A DNA stretch of 64,000 bases from Lama glama. Taxonomy: Eukaryota. Of this stretch, positions 1 to 12,690 are shown piece after piece. The stretch spans positions 57,600,001 to 57,664,000 of the forward strand of contig CM052816.1 of assembly GCA_028534125.1 (NCBI GenBank), in the 5' to 3' direction. The notes under the pieces are model-generated. The model was not told where the DNA came from and ran no database searches. It worked only from the letters and a program-made list of their open reading frames with translations. The translations under genes and the position numbers were made by a program. Numbering within the stretch: position 1 is the first letter of the stretch; each line of letters begins with the position of its first letter.

Positions 1-1024
1 AGTGCCAAATCCTTATGCTAACTTGAGTCTGATATAAAAATTTAAATTGTTTCTCTAGGAAATAATGTAATTGGAATAAAGACAGTCTCTGAAGGTTGCT
101 TTCACATTTTCTTGCTTCTTTCCCCAAGGTGACATTCCAGTGTCATGACAGCCTTGTGCAAAGATGGAATGACTGGCCTCAGGCTGGTTCTCTGTTTACA
201 TTGTCTCCTTCTTGATTGGGATCTAAAGTGATGGGCTGGGAACACTTGGCTTTTGGCTTTCTGTGTGCAGTAGTGGCCTCCAAAGCTGCTATATGTGACC
301 AGTGAACTTGTGATCCATTCTTTTGGTTTGTCTGTGCTCCCAAGAAAGATAAGCTATCTCTCTCAATGACTCAACTTTCTTTCAGCTCTCACAGGAAGCA
401 GACTCTAGGATTTCTGTGACTTCTCCATCCAATACCCTGGGCTGGTGGTTCATCTCAGCCTCTGCTTCTAGGTCAGCTTGTCCCATCACAGTGGACCTCA
501 TGGCTGATTCTCAATTAAATATTCATCCCACACAGGAGCTGGGGTTAGCTCAGGAGTGCCAGTTAGACCTTCTCTCCGTGTGCTCATGCATTTTAACCTC
601 TATTCCCAGAATCCAGTGTGGGAACTGAGTGAAGATAACCTTGCCCTTGGTGTTCCCTGCATGTATTTAACACCCCCACTTCTGTAGGCCAAGGCTCCCG
701 GAAAAGTCATGAACAGGTCTCACTGTTTACTCATCTGTCTTCTCTCAGCTCTCCTCTGCTCCCTTTCCAGTCTCTCCAAGACAGGAAAAGAGCTGGCATT
801 TCTTTGGTTTCTCTATCAGTATGATCTATTTCTTTCTAGTTCCACATAAGCTATAATGGTAGGTGTTAGTATCTCCTCCTTGTGGTAGTAATTCTTTCTC
901 TCTGAGCTGAGTCTATAGAGTTTAGTTGTTGATAGGCTGAGGGGACGACAGAATTTGAACAATTTTGTCTCAAGGCAATGAATGGCCAGACTTTCAAAGC
1001 TGTCACCCTGCTGCTTATTCTTAT

Positions 1025-1165
1025 GATATATATGTTGTATATATGTATATATAACATATATGTTATATATATCACATATATTATATGTAACTATATATGT
1101 TATATATACACAATATATATAACTCTATATCTATATCTATATATGCATGTATATCTGTCTGTCTG
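1025..1165. repeat. (TA)n-like AT-rich low-complexity tract
   Basis: Degenerate TATATA/TATG repeats read directly; they explain the I/Y-rich ORFs at 866-1202. Confidence 0.9.
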
Positions 1166-2794
1166 TATTACAACTTGTTTAAAGGTCTATTCCCTTGGGT
1201 GAATACACAAAGCTTCCTTTCTGTGACCCTATCTGGTCTCTCTAATGAAGTGCCTGGCGCCAAATGAATGGAACACTTGGGTTGTACCCCTCTTCATTTC
1301 TGGAGAACTGCCTTCATTTATTTAGGTATAGACAGCAATAACTGTTACACAAGGAAACAGGAAGTTACAATATCTTTTCTTCTGGATGTTAAAAAAAATG
1401 TGTTTTGCTCTCATAAGAATTTACAGTGAATGACTATGCTGCTTTAGGGAAATATATTTTGGATTCTGATGGTTCACTTTCATAAGCCCTAACAACGTGC
1501 ATTTGATTAAAGAGGAAATGGCTGTGGGTCAGGGCAGGATGATGGGTTTGAAGTTAGAAAGGCTGAATCCTCAACCATTGGTAGTAACTTGCTGGGTTGA
1601 CTCAAGCCAGTTGCTTCATCACTGCCTGCCTTATTTTCCTGTGTCTAAAGGGAGATAAGAAATGCTTACAGAGTTAACACTTGCAAAGTAAGATGACACC
1701 AGGAAAGGAAGTGACTGCAAGTTGCCCACGCTTTGCCCCTGTCACTTTTGACCTCTTTTCCATATATACTTTGCCAGTTGCCTCTAAAAATATAAATCCG
1801 CTGGTTCCACAATTCTAGAACCATGTGACTGTAATCTAACTCCTGGACCAAGCAGAGAAAGTGAAAATATTCCTCTCACTCTCCTGCCCTCCCATCAATG
1901 ACACAGCGGGTAAGCAAGACCAAAATTGAGGGAGAGAAACTCCTAGATGATGAAATTGACTTGTCTCCACAAAATAGTGGGAAGATTTGTCCATATATAT
2001 TTATACACACACATACATATTTTACAACGTATATACTCTGATTATTTCTTTTTAATTTTTAAAATTTGTGCTTGGTCTACATGTAAGGATAGAGAAATGG
2101 GAATTTTTTTTCTATTATTTACAAAACAGTATCAACCCTTCGGGTCTTTTGAATTACTGCCTCCTTCCAGCAGTCTGGGTCACTGTCATTTAGGGTCACT
2201 TCTAGCACCTGGAACAACATCCTTGTGAGGCTGGGATTCTACCTTTAGCTGAAAGTGAACAGGGAGACCCGAGCTCCATCCTGGAACTCAGCAGCCTCTC
2301 AGTTCACCTTAGAACTGGCCTGAAGTCACTCTCAGTGCACTTGTCAACAGATCTGACCTCTGGAGGAAATGGAGTCTGACTTCCGTTGAAGTAAGAATTT
2401 AAACATTGACAATGACCCCATGTTACACTAGGCTGAAACAAAATCTCAGGAGCCAATGTAGGTACCAAAGATATCTCTTTTCTCTAAGAAGAGAGGGTAG
2501 TTCCCCGCTTCTCACCTTTAGGTAAAGTCAGCCCATAAACCGAAGCTCATGATGCAAGTTGATGTGGTAACAGCCCAAATGCCCTCAGCTTCCAGTCTAT
2601 TCACAGGGACATTATGATGTGTGGTTGGTGTAAGCCTGTCCTTTTTATGTGTCTCTCCATGCTCTGTTGTTTTTGATTGATTACGGAAAGGAGGAAGAAT
2701 TTGCTAAATGCATGCATTCATATTTTTCTCCTTCAGCTTGTATCATTCTGACTCACTTCTCCCAACTCACAGAAAGGTCTTTCCAATTCATTTC

Positions 2795-3173
2795 CATCTG
2801 TAAGCTGGAGACCCAGGAGAGCCAGTAGTGTAGTTTGAAAGCCTGAAAGCCGGAGAACCGATGGGATAGATTCCAGTCTGGGTCTGAAATCCTGAGAATC
2901 AGGAATGCTGAGGGCAGGAGAAAATCGATGTCCTTGCTCAGTAGTGAGGCAGAGAGTGAATTCATCCTTCCTCCTCCTTTTGGTTTACTGATTTTTAATG
3001 GGTTGGGTGATACCCACCCACACTGGGGTGGGCCATCTGCTTTACTCAGTTCACCAATTCAGATGCTAATCACTTCTGAAAGTACCTTCACCAACACACT
3101 CAGAAATAACGTTTAACCAGCTATCCGAGCATCCCATGACCAGTTAGATTGACATTTAAGAGTAATCATCACA
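2795..3173 (-). mobile_element. MLT2-family (ERVL) LTR fragment
   Basis: The minus strand begins TGTGATGATTACTCTTAAATGTCAATCTAACTGG, resembling the MLT2 5' end. Typical internal segments are present (GGGCCATCTGCTTTACTCAGTTCACCAATTCAGATGCTAATC; CAGAAATAACGTTTAACCAG). Confidence 0.85.
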
Positions 3174-3684
3174 CCATTTCCACAGGGGAACAACATTTTT
3201 GTTTGATTTGAAAGAAAATATTCTCTGGATAAATTCTTTTCAAAATTCAGCACCAAATATACCGGTAACACGATTTACTTACAATTTGGCATAATCCACC
3301 CATGTGTGAATCCACACATGTTAATCAACTCTAGTAACCTTTTTCAAATCTTCTTGTTTAATTAATACTATATATGTCCTTTGATCACCTTAGTAGCAAG
3401 GTTAGAATCTTAAAGCAAAGGTAGTTTTATTTTTTGGAGAATGCAGAAAGGAATTGGGGGAAGGAATTTGGTGCCAGGAGGGTCCCCATGATTGTTCAAT
3501 GATTAGTGCTGTTCCATTAGCAGGTACAAATCTAAGGGACATTGACTCTGCTGTTGGGCCAACTGACATCCTTCAGAGTCCCCCATTTCTGGGCTGTCAG
3601 ATGTCTACCTGTGATCCCACAACTGATAAAGTACATTCTTTACTGGGCATATTTCCCCTAACAAACTAATAGCCCTAGGTAATA

Positions 3685-4015
3685 ATGTCAAAGCTCAGGC
3701 TGGCTTGTTTCAACCCACCTTACTAGAGTCATAAACCCACTGCCCTTCATGAACCCTAAACCTCTTAACTCACCTACAACCAATCAGAGCCTTGTGCACA
3801 AGCTTATCAGGCACCTTGTGACCCTACCTTACAAAACACCCCAATAACTGGCCCTTGGTGCTCACACAGGCGCCTCTTGTCTGTGTGACCAGCTGTTGTC
3901 TGTGACAGCATACCCCGGTCAACTCCTTTCTATTCCTAAACTCTATCTCTGGTAAATTCTTTTACCAACTTGTGTGTCACTGGCTCACCGACCGGCCGCC
4001 GCTTTGTGTCCACAG
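3685..4015 (+). mobile_element. Probable ERV1-class solo LTR
   Basis: CCAATCAG box (~3781), CpG-containing R/U5-like tail with GGTAAATTCTTTTACC, ends near ...TGTCCACA; family not assigned. Confidence 0.5.
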
Positions 4016-4951
4016 CATCTACCCATCCTTCAATCCCCAGGGATAGGATTCATTTCACTGACCTGGCACATAATGCAGGCTCAGTTTGCTTCTTGAGTGA
4101 ATAAAGGAAGGGTAGTGCTGACATGCTTGGACTTGACCTGTCCATCCCCTCCTGGACTCGCCCCACCCATTTCCCAATCTTAAGGCTCAATAACTTATTT
4201 ACTCAAAATAGGAGGGAAAAAAGAGTGGGTATAGTTAATTTAATGAGTTAATGACCAAAGCTCAGATACTATGCCATGGCTAAACACCTTGGTGACAATT
4301 TATGAAGCTTGAATCCTAGTGACCAGCCCTTTTCCACTTGTGAGCAGCATTAGCTTGAACCACATATTGGGGATTAATGATTCTTCACACTTATAGGAAC
4401 CCTGGGCTGGGAAATACTTGATTCTAACAATGGTGAAGCAGATTCAATAGGTTGTAGCATGGTATAGATTTTCCTTTGTTGTGTCTCTTTTCTAAAGTTA
4501 CAGAATAACTATTTTAGGCTTAAATATATTCACCAGCCATTTAGTACTCTTCGACACATTGCATATTTAATGTTCCACTTTACTGCCTGCTGAAAGAAAT
4601 AAATGCATAACAAAATGCTTTGAAAATGCTTAATTTTTCAACTGTTGATTTAGTGTGTAACGGTTCAATAAGGTGGTGAATTGCCTTGGTCTACAACTAC
4701 TGAAAAATAGAAAAATTACCCACACTGGTATGTTAAATCTGTGAATATTAAGTTTGTCAATGTAATTTATGACACGGCAGGTAATATACCGGTAATTTGC
4801 ATACTAATTGCCATGGTGGAAGCCAAACGACTTTAATTCAGTAAATTAGTCTGCCTAAGCAGAAGCCAGCAATTGCCTCTGTGTTGGGGAGAGCAATGAA
4901 GCTTATTTAGGAGGGAGAAAATGGAGCTCTGGCCAGGTCTTTCAGGGCTAT

Positions 4952-4970
4952 AGAGGCCCCCTGCTGGCAG
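4952..4970 (-). promoter_or_regulatory. CTCF core motif
   Basis: The minus strand reads CTGCCAGCAGGGGGCCTCT, containing CCAGCAGGGGGC, a close match to the CTCF core CCASYAGRKGGC. Confidence 0.6.
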
Positions 4971-5284
4971 GCAGGCCACATGGCTGCGAAGCCAACCAGC
5001 CTTGCTGAGAGCTTACTGTCTGCTTCTCAGAGCCAAAGCCCAGTGGATTTTCCAAGCGATTCAAATTCAGAAAACAGAAGACTGAAGTCAAAGCAGATCA
5101 CTCTCCATAAAAGCAATACATATCTGTGTGTCTGCAACAGAAACAAATGAAAAACTGAAGTCATAAAAATAATCCATTCTGGCTTCCTAAAAGAGGTTAT
5201 TTTAATGATAGGCACATATTCCTTAATTCTTTTGAAAACAGGTTTGATTTTCTTTTTAAAAAAAGAGTGTGTCTGGAGAGTTAT

Positions 5285-6085
5285 AGAAGAATCAAATGAT
5301 ATTTAAATGCTAAGGGAGCCAAATACCTACAAAAAGATGTTCAGCCTCCTCAATAACAATGAAAAAGCAAATCAAAACACTGAAGTGTATATTTTGTAAT
5401 TTTAGGAAAACTAAAATGATTGAAAGCTTTTTTATTGTCACAGGCATGGGGAAATGAGCGTGTTATAAATTGGCATAACCTTTTAGGTGGGCAGTGTGGT
5501 AATAGCTGCAAAATTTTAAAATGCACATATGCCTTGACTCACCAATCCACCCCAGGAAGTGAATCCTATAGAAATACAAATGTATAACATGAACTGTATG
5601 AAATTACTGTGATCAACCATTTTGATATACAAAAACAGTAATTTAAAATGAGTCAGCCTAATACAAGGGTGTTCACTGTAGCATCTTGTAATGATGACAG
5701 TTTGGAAAAAGCCTAAATATATAGCAGTAGGAAACTGGTTAAACAAATGGCGGTACGTATCTTATGAAGCTTTTAAAAAGCATGAGGTAGAGCTAATCTA
5801 CACTGAAAAGGAGAGGTGACCATGGAATATTAAGTAAACAGACCAAGTTGAGTGACATTATGCATTATCCCATTTTTGTTTTTAAAAAGTATTTGTGTGT
5901 ATATATGTGTATATTGATTTGTGTATAATGTGGGTAGAGAAAAAGATTGGACCTAGCATTCAGCCATGGCTACCTTTAGAGAGTGGCACTCGGGATGGAG
6001 TCTGGATAGAGGCCTCTTCTTTTAACTATTTGTATTGTTTGAATTTGACACAGCCAATGTGTCCTTTTTATGGTTAAAAAAAAAA
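5285..6085 (+). mobile_element. Old L1 (L1ME/L1MC-type) ORF2-end/3' UTR fragment
   Basis: Degenerate L1 motifs AAAAGATGTTCAGCCTC, GTTATAAATTGGCATAACCTTTT, GTGTTCACTGTAGCATCTTGTAAT; A-rich end. Confidence 0.7.
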
Positions 6086-6519
6086 ACCACAAAAGACGAT
6101 GATGAAAATAAAACATGAAAGCCATGTGGGATTTACCCAATTAAAAAGAGTACTTTGTGAACTAAGTTAATATTCAGTAATATAGTATTTACTCTGTTTG
6201 GCATGTTAAGATTTTTACATATTAAACATTTTGTAAAAAGTGGGGTGCACTTACATGTTGTGCGTGTGTAAGTGTATATAACGAGTGGGAATAAAAATTA
6301 GGATAAATGTCGTATTAAAAGTAGTGGTATGCAAACTAACTAAGCTCATCGGCTTCAAGAGTACCCAGTGCCAAATCAGCTACTTGCTATAATCATTTTA
6401 GAAGACAGAACTCGTGAGGGCTTGAAAAGTCACGTGAGAGCGTGAAAGTCAAGGATGAACAACTGGACTAGATCACTAATTGAAGACACTATTTTATCCT
6501 CCAACTTTTTTTGCTATTA

Positions 6520-7080
6520 GTGCTTTACTGAGGCATAATTTACATACAGGAAACCTCAAGAATCTTAAGTGTAAATTTTGATGAAGTTTGATGACCTTAT
6601 TCAGGAATTTGCTGGTAGGCTGGCTCTCTAGGAAAAAATGAAAGCCCGGTTTGTAACTTTTGTTGATTTTCATGGTTTAAATACTCCCACCATGGCTGAT
6701 TTCAAGCTAGCAATGATTTAACAACCAGCTCACAAAATCATCCTGATTAAGAATTGCCTCTTAGGAACGTGAGAGCCAGACCCAGACTCAGCCCACTGCT
6801 GCATGTATTCAGCCATGTAACCACCACCCAAGTCAAGATGCAGAACGTTTTCATCACCCCAGACCTCATGGCCATTTCCAGTTAATCTACCCTTCATCCT
6901 GCCCTAGACAACCACAAAGTCAGCTTTTATTGCCAAAAATTAGTTTTGAACTTCATATAAATGACACTACAGAGAATATTCTTTTTGTTTGGGGCTTTTT
7001 TGCTCAACTTAATATTTTTGAACTTCATCTATGTTGTTGCAAAAGACATTATTTTAAAATCATTGTGGTTTCCTGTGAAT
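6520..7080 (-). mobile_element. Old L1M 3' UTR fragment interrupted by MER63
   Basis: TTTACTGAGGCATAATTTACATACAG...CCATGTAACCACCACCCAAGTCAAGATGCAGAACGTTTTCATCACCCCAGA is typical of an antisense L1M 3' end. Confidence 0.75.
6605..6798 (-). mobile_element. MER63A-like hAT-Blackjack MITE
   Basis: AAATACTCCCACCATGGCTGATTTCAAGCTA and TTTAACAACCAGCTC are shared with the longer copy at 14533-15506. Confidence 0.75.
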
Positions 7081-7363
7081 CTGTTATCTGTGTCCCTTAT
7101 GGATCTTTGATCCATTACTGAAAGAGGATCTGCAGTTTATAATAGTTTTCCTCCTTTAAAACTCCTCTTTCTTATTTACTTCCTCTAGTTTCTCAGTGTG
7201 TTATGTTGGACATACTGCACATAGGATATAAGAGAAAGGAGAATCTACGCTTCTTAAATATTTCTAAATTTTATATCTCACATTTTATTAAAATGAGAAC
7301 TGAGTGGGAAAAAAATCATGGACTATCATCGACATTGTTCCTCATTTGATTTCTCTCTTTATG

Positions 7364-7366
<3 letters not shown>

Positions 7367-7397
<31 letters not shown>
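7367..7397. repeat. (TG)n microsatellite
   Basis: Read directly. Confidence 0.95.
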
Positions 7398-7401
<4 letters not shown>

Positions 7402-7544
7402 ACGTGTTTCGGGGAGGGGAGCGGGATGTGAATCTCTGAATATGGTTACAGCAAAGCCTGGCCACAAGATAGTATGTACCATCCAGACTCAAACCTAGAA
7501 ACAGCCTGACTTTGTCCCACCAGCTGGGATGTTTTCCATGGCAA

Positions 7545-7662
7545 CACCCCAGTCTCATCATAAAGACAGAAGCCAGAGGCTAGGGATAAAGGCCTGTAAT
7601 GTCCAAGCAGAGGCCTCGGGGGCTGAATACAGAAACTTCTCAGATAAATTGAAGAGTTTGAT
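7545..7662 (+). repeat. Copy A of a ~115-bp local direct duplication (copy B at 8999-9118)
   Basis: Both copies share CACCCCAGTCTCA...CCAGAGGCTAGG...AAGGCCTG(T/C)AATGTCCAAGCAGAGGCC..GGGGGCTGAAT. Confidence 0.9.
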
Positions 7663-8163
7663 GGCCACGATGCTGTACACTGTCACTAAGAATTTCTATG
7701 ACGCATTTCATAGTGTTTTAAAGTCATTTCCTCAAGATTTTCCAAAAGAGCCATTTCCAGCTCTCCTAAATATTGTTTTAACCAATCAGAAGAGAAACAA
7801 TGGGATTTTGAACCAGTGGTCATTTCAAATTAGCTGTTCCCAGTGGGAACCCACCCGCTAAGTTCTGATCAACATTTATTTAAATGTGTCACTTGGGGTT
7901 AGGCGAAAATTGGGAATGGGTTTCAGGGAAGAATTTCTGAGCACTTGTGTTGATTGGGTTTTTCCTATAAACAGCTAAACTTTGAGGTTAAAATGAAATG
8001 CTGTAGACCCAGCACAGAGCCCTCCCCTTTCAATCCAGACTTGCTGGAGCCTTATAATCCCTGGATGTTGAGCACTGGTTGAATGGCTGTCCCGAGTGCC
8101 CACGGGAGTCAGGCTTGAGTTTCTGCAGCTTCCTGCTTTCCAGACTTGGCCTCTCTCCTCTGC

Positions 8164-8621
8164 TGTGGTCTAGCTCCACACAGATGTTTGGTTGTCCTTT
8201 CTACCCTGTACGGGGAAGGTGCTAGGCTGAGACAGGGCAGTTTAAACTGTTGAGCCCATGGAGACCTTGGGGGAGAAGCAACACCACTGCTGCATCTGCA
8301 CTGAGGACTTGCCTCCCATAGGCTGCTCGCTGCCTGGCACCACCTGTGGCAGGATGCTGAAGCAGATCCATTCCAGGGCAACATGGGGCTCAAGAACCTC
8401 CCAAAGGTTTTTCTGAAACTTCCTTGACTGTGTGACAGTCTAGTATGCTTTCACCCAATCTGTTCCTTCTGAGCGTCACTTAGGATCAGAATTGCATCTT
8501 GATGCTCTCCTAGCCTTCTCTGACTCCCTATTTTTTTTCATTCAGGCATCTCTGCTAATAAAGTCCTTGCACATTTAATCCTTGCCTGACATCTGCTTCT
8601 CAGAATATCCAGACTAATTCA
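8164..8621 (+). mobile_element. LTR16B-like ERVL solo LTR
   Basis: The 3' end AATAAAGTCCTTGCACATTTAATCCTTGCCTGACATCTGCTTCTCAGAATATCCAGACTAATTCA matches the LTR16 U5 pattern. Confidence 0.7.
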
Positions 8622-8998
8622 AGCTATTCAAGCACCTCTTGCATGGCCACAGGGAAGGATAGTGAAGGTGGGATTCAAGTGTCAGGCAGATGTTGACTTG
8701 TTGACCTGTAGGTTCTCCCCCAGCAGGGGCATCCAAGGTCTACTTTTCTAAGTTCCGGAAGTGCCCTCCCTTTTTGTGACCCAAGAAGGGCTCCTTCTCA
8801 GCAGCAGCAGTCCTGGCTGCTGCCCAGCTGAGAGGGGACTGTGGAGGAGCAGCCGTCAGCATTGCCTGGTGTGGCGTGCTTCCCCAGCATGTGCTCTCAT
8901 CTCTTTCTTGTCCATGCCATCTCTGTGGTATGCAGAATGCCTTCAGGAAACCTGGGCTTGAAAGCAACAATGGAGGTGGGAATGAAAGAAGAACAGGC

Positions 8999-9118
8999 CA
9001 CCCCAGTCTCAGCAAAAAGATATTAGAAACCAGAGGCTAGGAATGAAGGCCTGCAATGTCCAAGCAGAGGCCCTGGGGGCTGAATGCAAAAGCTCCCCAT
9101 ATAAACTAAGAATGTGAC
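8999..9118 (+). repeat. Copy B of the ~115-bp local direct duplication
   Basis: Manual alignment to 7545-7662: 6 mismatches in the 61-bp core, all transitions. Confidence 0.9.
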
Positions 9119-10931
9119 AGTCTGGACCAATATCCCCAGTTGCTTTAGAATCAGCCAGAAGACAAAAGAATGCTGTCCAGACACTGCTTCTTCCAAATGA
9201 GCATCACAAAGGGCCATAGGAGTTTGCAAGCCAGTCCAAATTTCGACAATAGGCAGTAAACGATGGAAGAACCAAAGAATGAGAGAAGAGACTGAGGATC
9301 TCTGCCTTTCCATCACATTTCTAGCTCCTACGTTTAGCCAACTATCGGAAATCTCATAGGAAAGTAGTAGAACAAAGGTCTTAAAGCAAAGATCTCCCAA
9401 GCTCAAAGGACCACTGATTCATTAGATCCTAAGAATGTGGTCACAATCCAAGTAGGGTGAAGATGCCTGCTTCTTTTCTGGTGGTCCAGCTCCACCAAGA
9501 GCTGATCTTTCTGGGTACTGGGATTCCTGGGGGTTGCTTTGTTCCAATCTAGCAGGGAAATCTGCCCTTTGTACAGTAGCCCAGAGCCCAGATCAGTTCA
9601 AGGCCTTGCCGGAGACAGTCAGGAGAGAGCCACAGCTGGGTCCAGCTTCTGAGCCCAACCCAATCCAGATTATACTCTGGGGACTGGGCTGAGCCATATT
9701 AGCATCTGTGAAGTGGAGCAGAAATTGGGACTAGAAAGGGATGGATGATATTTCCCAGGGGTCACACTTGTACTGCAGCACGATTGGGCTTTGCTAGACC
9801 GCCAACTCTCTCAATTTTAAAGTCTCTCTGGTTGTATAAAGAAGAGACTCTTGTGTCCCGGGCCATTAGCTGCTTCTCTCACTAAGGGTTTCATCAGGGC
9901 CAAATCTGCACACATAACCATTACAGAAATGTGTCTGATGAAATTGTTGGTTTTACTTAATTTCACAAAACTAATAGCCATCTTTTAGTCAAAATGATAA
10001 ATTAGAAAGATGAAACAGAGCTTTCCAAACTTGGGGGACAGAGAAAGGATTAGGGGAGTCACAGCAGCTTGACGTGTGCTAGTTAAACCATCAGACTTTG
10101 AGAGCAAAATTAAACTTTCTATGTTCCAATTCACAAGGCAACCATAAGCATTTAGACACACTTGGCTAATAAGAACTGGACACATTGAATTAGCTCCCAG
10201 ATGCACAATCTAAAATATAGGCACACGATTTGAATACCAATTGTCCCTTTGCCAAACCTAGCAAATAACAAGCCTTATTGGGGAAGATGGTCTCATTTCA
10301 ATTCATCCTGCTCTTGAAATCTTTGCAATCAGCACAGAACTGACGCATCTGTATCTTTCCTCCTCTCTGAGGAAAGAAGTCTTACCTAAAGCTCAGTCCA
10401 CTGGTAGAGTCCTCTGAGGTTGCTCTATTATGCACCATAGGACATGAATTCATTCTCTCATTTCTATCCTGGACACAACTGCATGCATTTGAATTCCACA
10501 GGTGCATGGTTTAAAAGAAAAAAAAGGCAAAGGATGTGGAGTGAGAGCTTGGAACAATTTGTTCCATAGAAGAGAGTGAATCATCGCCCTTAATGAGCAG
10601 AGTCAGCCAGACCTGCAGCAAACACTGAACAGTCCCATTCATCAATTATTCAAGGGCCTTCTGCCTACCAAGGACATCCATTCATTAATGCATTGAGGAC
10701 TGATTGGTTCTTTGTCCTGTTGCTTGTGTCCATCCGAAGGATCTGGACTTTTTCACCATTCTGACTCAACAATGGAGTGCATTTCCATTGAAGATAAGGG
10801 ATCTAGTCAAAGAGATTTTTTACCAGAATGTTTCTCCCCTTGACTGAGGACACAACTGTATGTGATGTGAAGTCATTTTTCAAGGACCAGGAAGCAGAGG
10901 AGGGGCGTGCTCTGTAAGCCTAGGTTCCAGG

Positions 10932-11074
10932 AGCAGTTCTTGTTCGGTCAGCAAGTCTATGTGCTAAGCCCTTGCTGGCATGCAACAGGGAGCTTGCTAG
11001 AAATGCATATTTTCACCTCCACCCAAGACCTACTAACCCAAATCTGCATCCTAATGAAAGTTTGAGAAGCACTG
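10932..11074 (+). mobile_element. MER5A-like hAT-Charlie element
   Basis: GGGAGCTTGCTAGAAATGCA...CCCAAGACCTACT...AAAGTTTGAGAAGCACTG. Confidence 0.75.
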
Positions 11075-12570
11075 TAGGAAGTGAAAGGGTACTGAATGCT
11101 GAGGATACTAGGTATCCTGGCCGCTGCCTTCCCAGAACTGTGTCTGGAGGTGGGTAGAAGACTGATGTATTAAAGAAAACTTCCACAAGTGGGGTGCTGT
11201 GGTAGAGGTCTGTACAAAGTCCAGATAACAGAAGAAGCAGTGGTTCATTCCTCTGTGGGCTTGTCAGGTGAAAAGGGGGTGGTAGCTCTCCCACTGCCTT
11301 AAACCAGGCCTTCATCACTCACTTGGACTGTGGTAAGAATCTTCTTACCTCCACTCTTTGGGGGCCCTCAAATCCATTTCCTAAACTGACCCCTGAGTTA
11401 ATAGCTAAACACCAACTATCCGTTCTCTGCATAAAGCAAAGTGCAAACTCCTTAATTGACACATAAGCCATTTGTCTGGCACACGCAGACCTTCCTGGGG
11501 CCAACTCCTGCCATTCTCCAGTCTGTCTCCTTCTGCCCAGCTCTCCAGATCTGCCCATGAACTCCCTCCCACGTCTTAATGTTTTTGACACTCTTTTTTC
11601 AGGGGCTGTTTCCTTCTGCTTTTCCTCCATGTTTACTTGGTGAGCTCCTCTTCATCCTTCCAAGCCTTTATTACATCTTCTGTGAAGCCTTTTATGTACT
11701 ACTCCTAGATAATCTTCCACTTTACTCTACTTTTGCACTTTGCAAATCTATTATTTTATTTATCAGATTCTACTGTTATAATTTGTTTAATGGGAGCTTC
11801 ACCTACGACGGAAACTCTGTGAGTTTAATCTTTGAAGGCAGGAAATGTGTTAATTATGAAGAGTAGCCCATACCTGGTCTGGCACATAGAAGGCTCTCAG
11901 TCTTGTTTTTTGGATTAACTATGATCTGGAAAAATCTTGAAAGCATGAAGATGCTGGACATGTTGGGAGATCTCAGTTTTTTTAGCCTAGCTTGAGTGCT
12001 AGTGAGTGAGGGGGTACAGATATTAACTGGGAAGGAAAGAAGAGCTTTAGTTGAGAAGGGTTTGAACCCTGAGAAATGCTCAGTGTTATTTACAACAGGA
12101 GAACCATGTGACTAGTCCTTGTTTGGGTCATTGTCTGGGGGCAGGTAGGATATAGGTGTCAGCAGGGGAGAAACAGGAAGCAGTGAGACCTGAGAATCTG
12201 CTATTGTCCAAGCCTGGGAAGAGAATGACAGAACAAGGACTAAAGGCATAGTAAAAAGTCAAGGCTTTTCTCTTAGGAAATTACCTTAAATGTGAGTAAA
12301 AACAGTGATTTTACTGTTCTGAGTGTTTATGCTGAGGCCAGATTGTTACTGGAGAGTTGGCTCTAGCAGAGCAGAACCTTGAAAAGGTAGGTCAATGGGG
12401 GTGAAGCGTGGCAGTGGGTAAGGGGTAAACAAGGTAGGGGTTCTGACTAATTTAACTGTCTGGTTAACTCAGGTTATCTGGAAACTCATCCTTTTTGTTT
12501 CCAACAATATTGAAATTTTTTTCTGCAATGACTACTACTGCCCTAAATTATACCATAGAGAAAGCATCTT

Positions 12571-12649
12571 ATTTGTTTGTTTGTTTTTATTGAAGTATAG
12601 TTGATACACAGTGTTGTGTTAGTTTCTGGTGTACAGCTTAGTGATTCAG

Positions 12650-12690
<41 letters not shown>

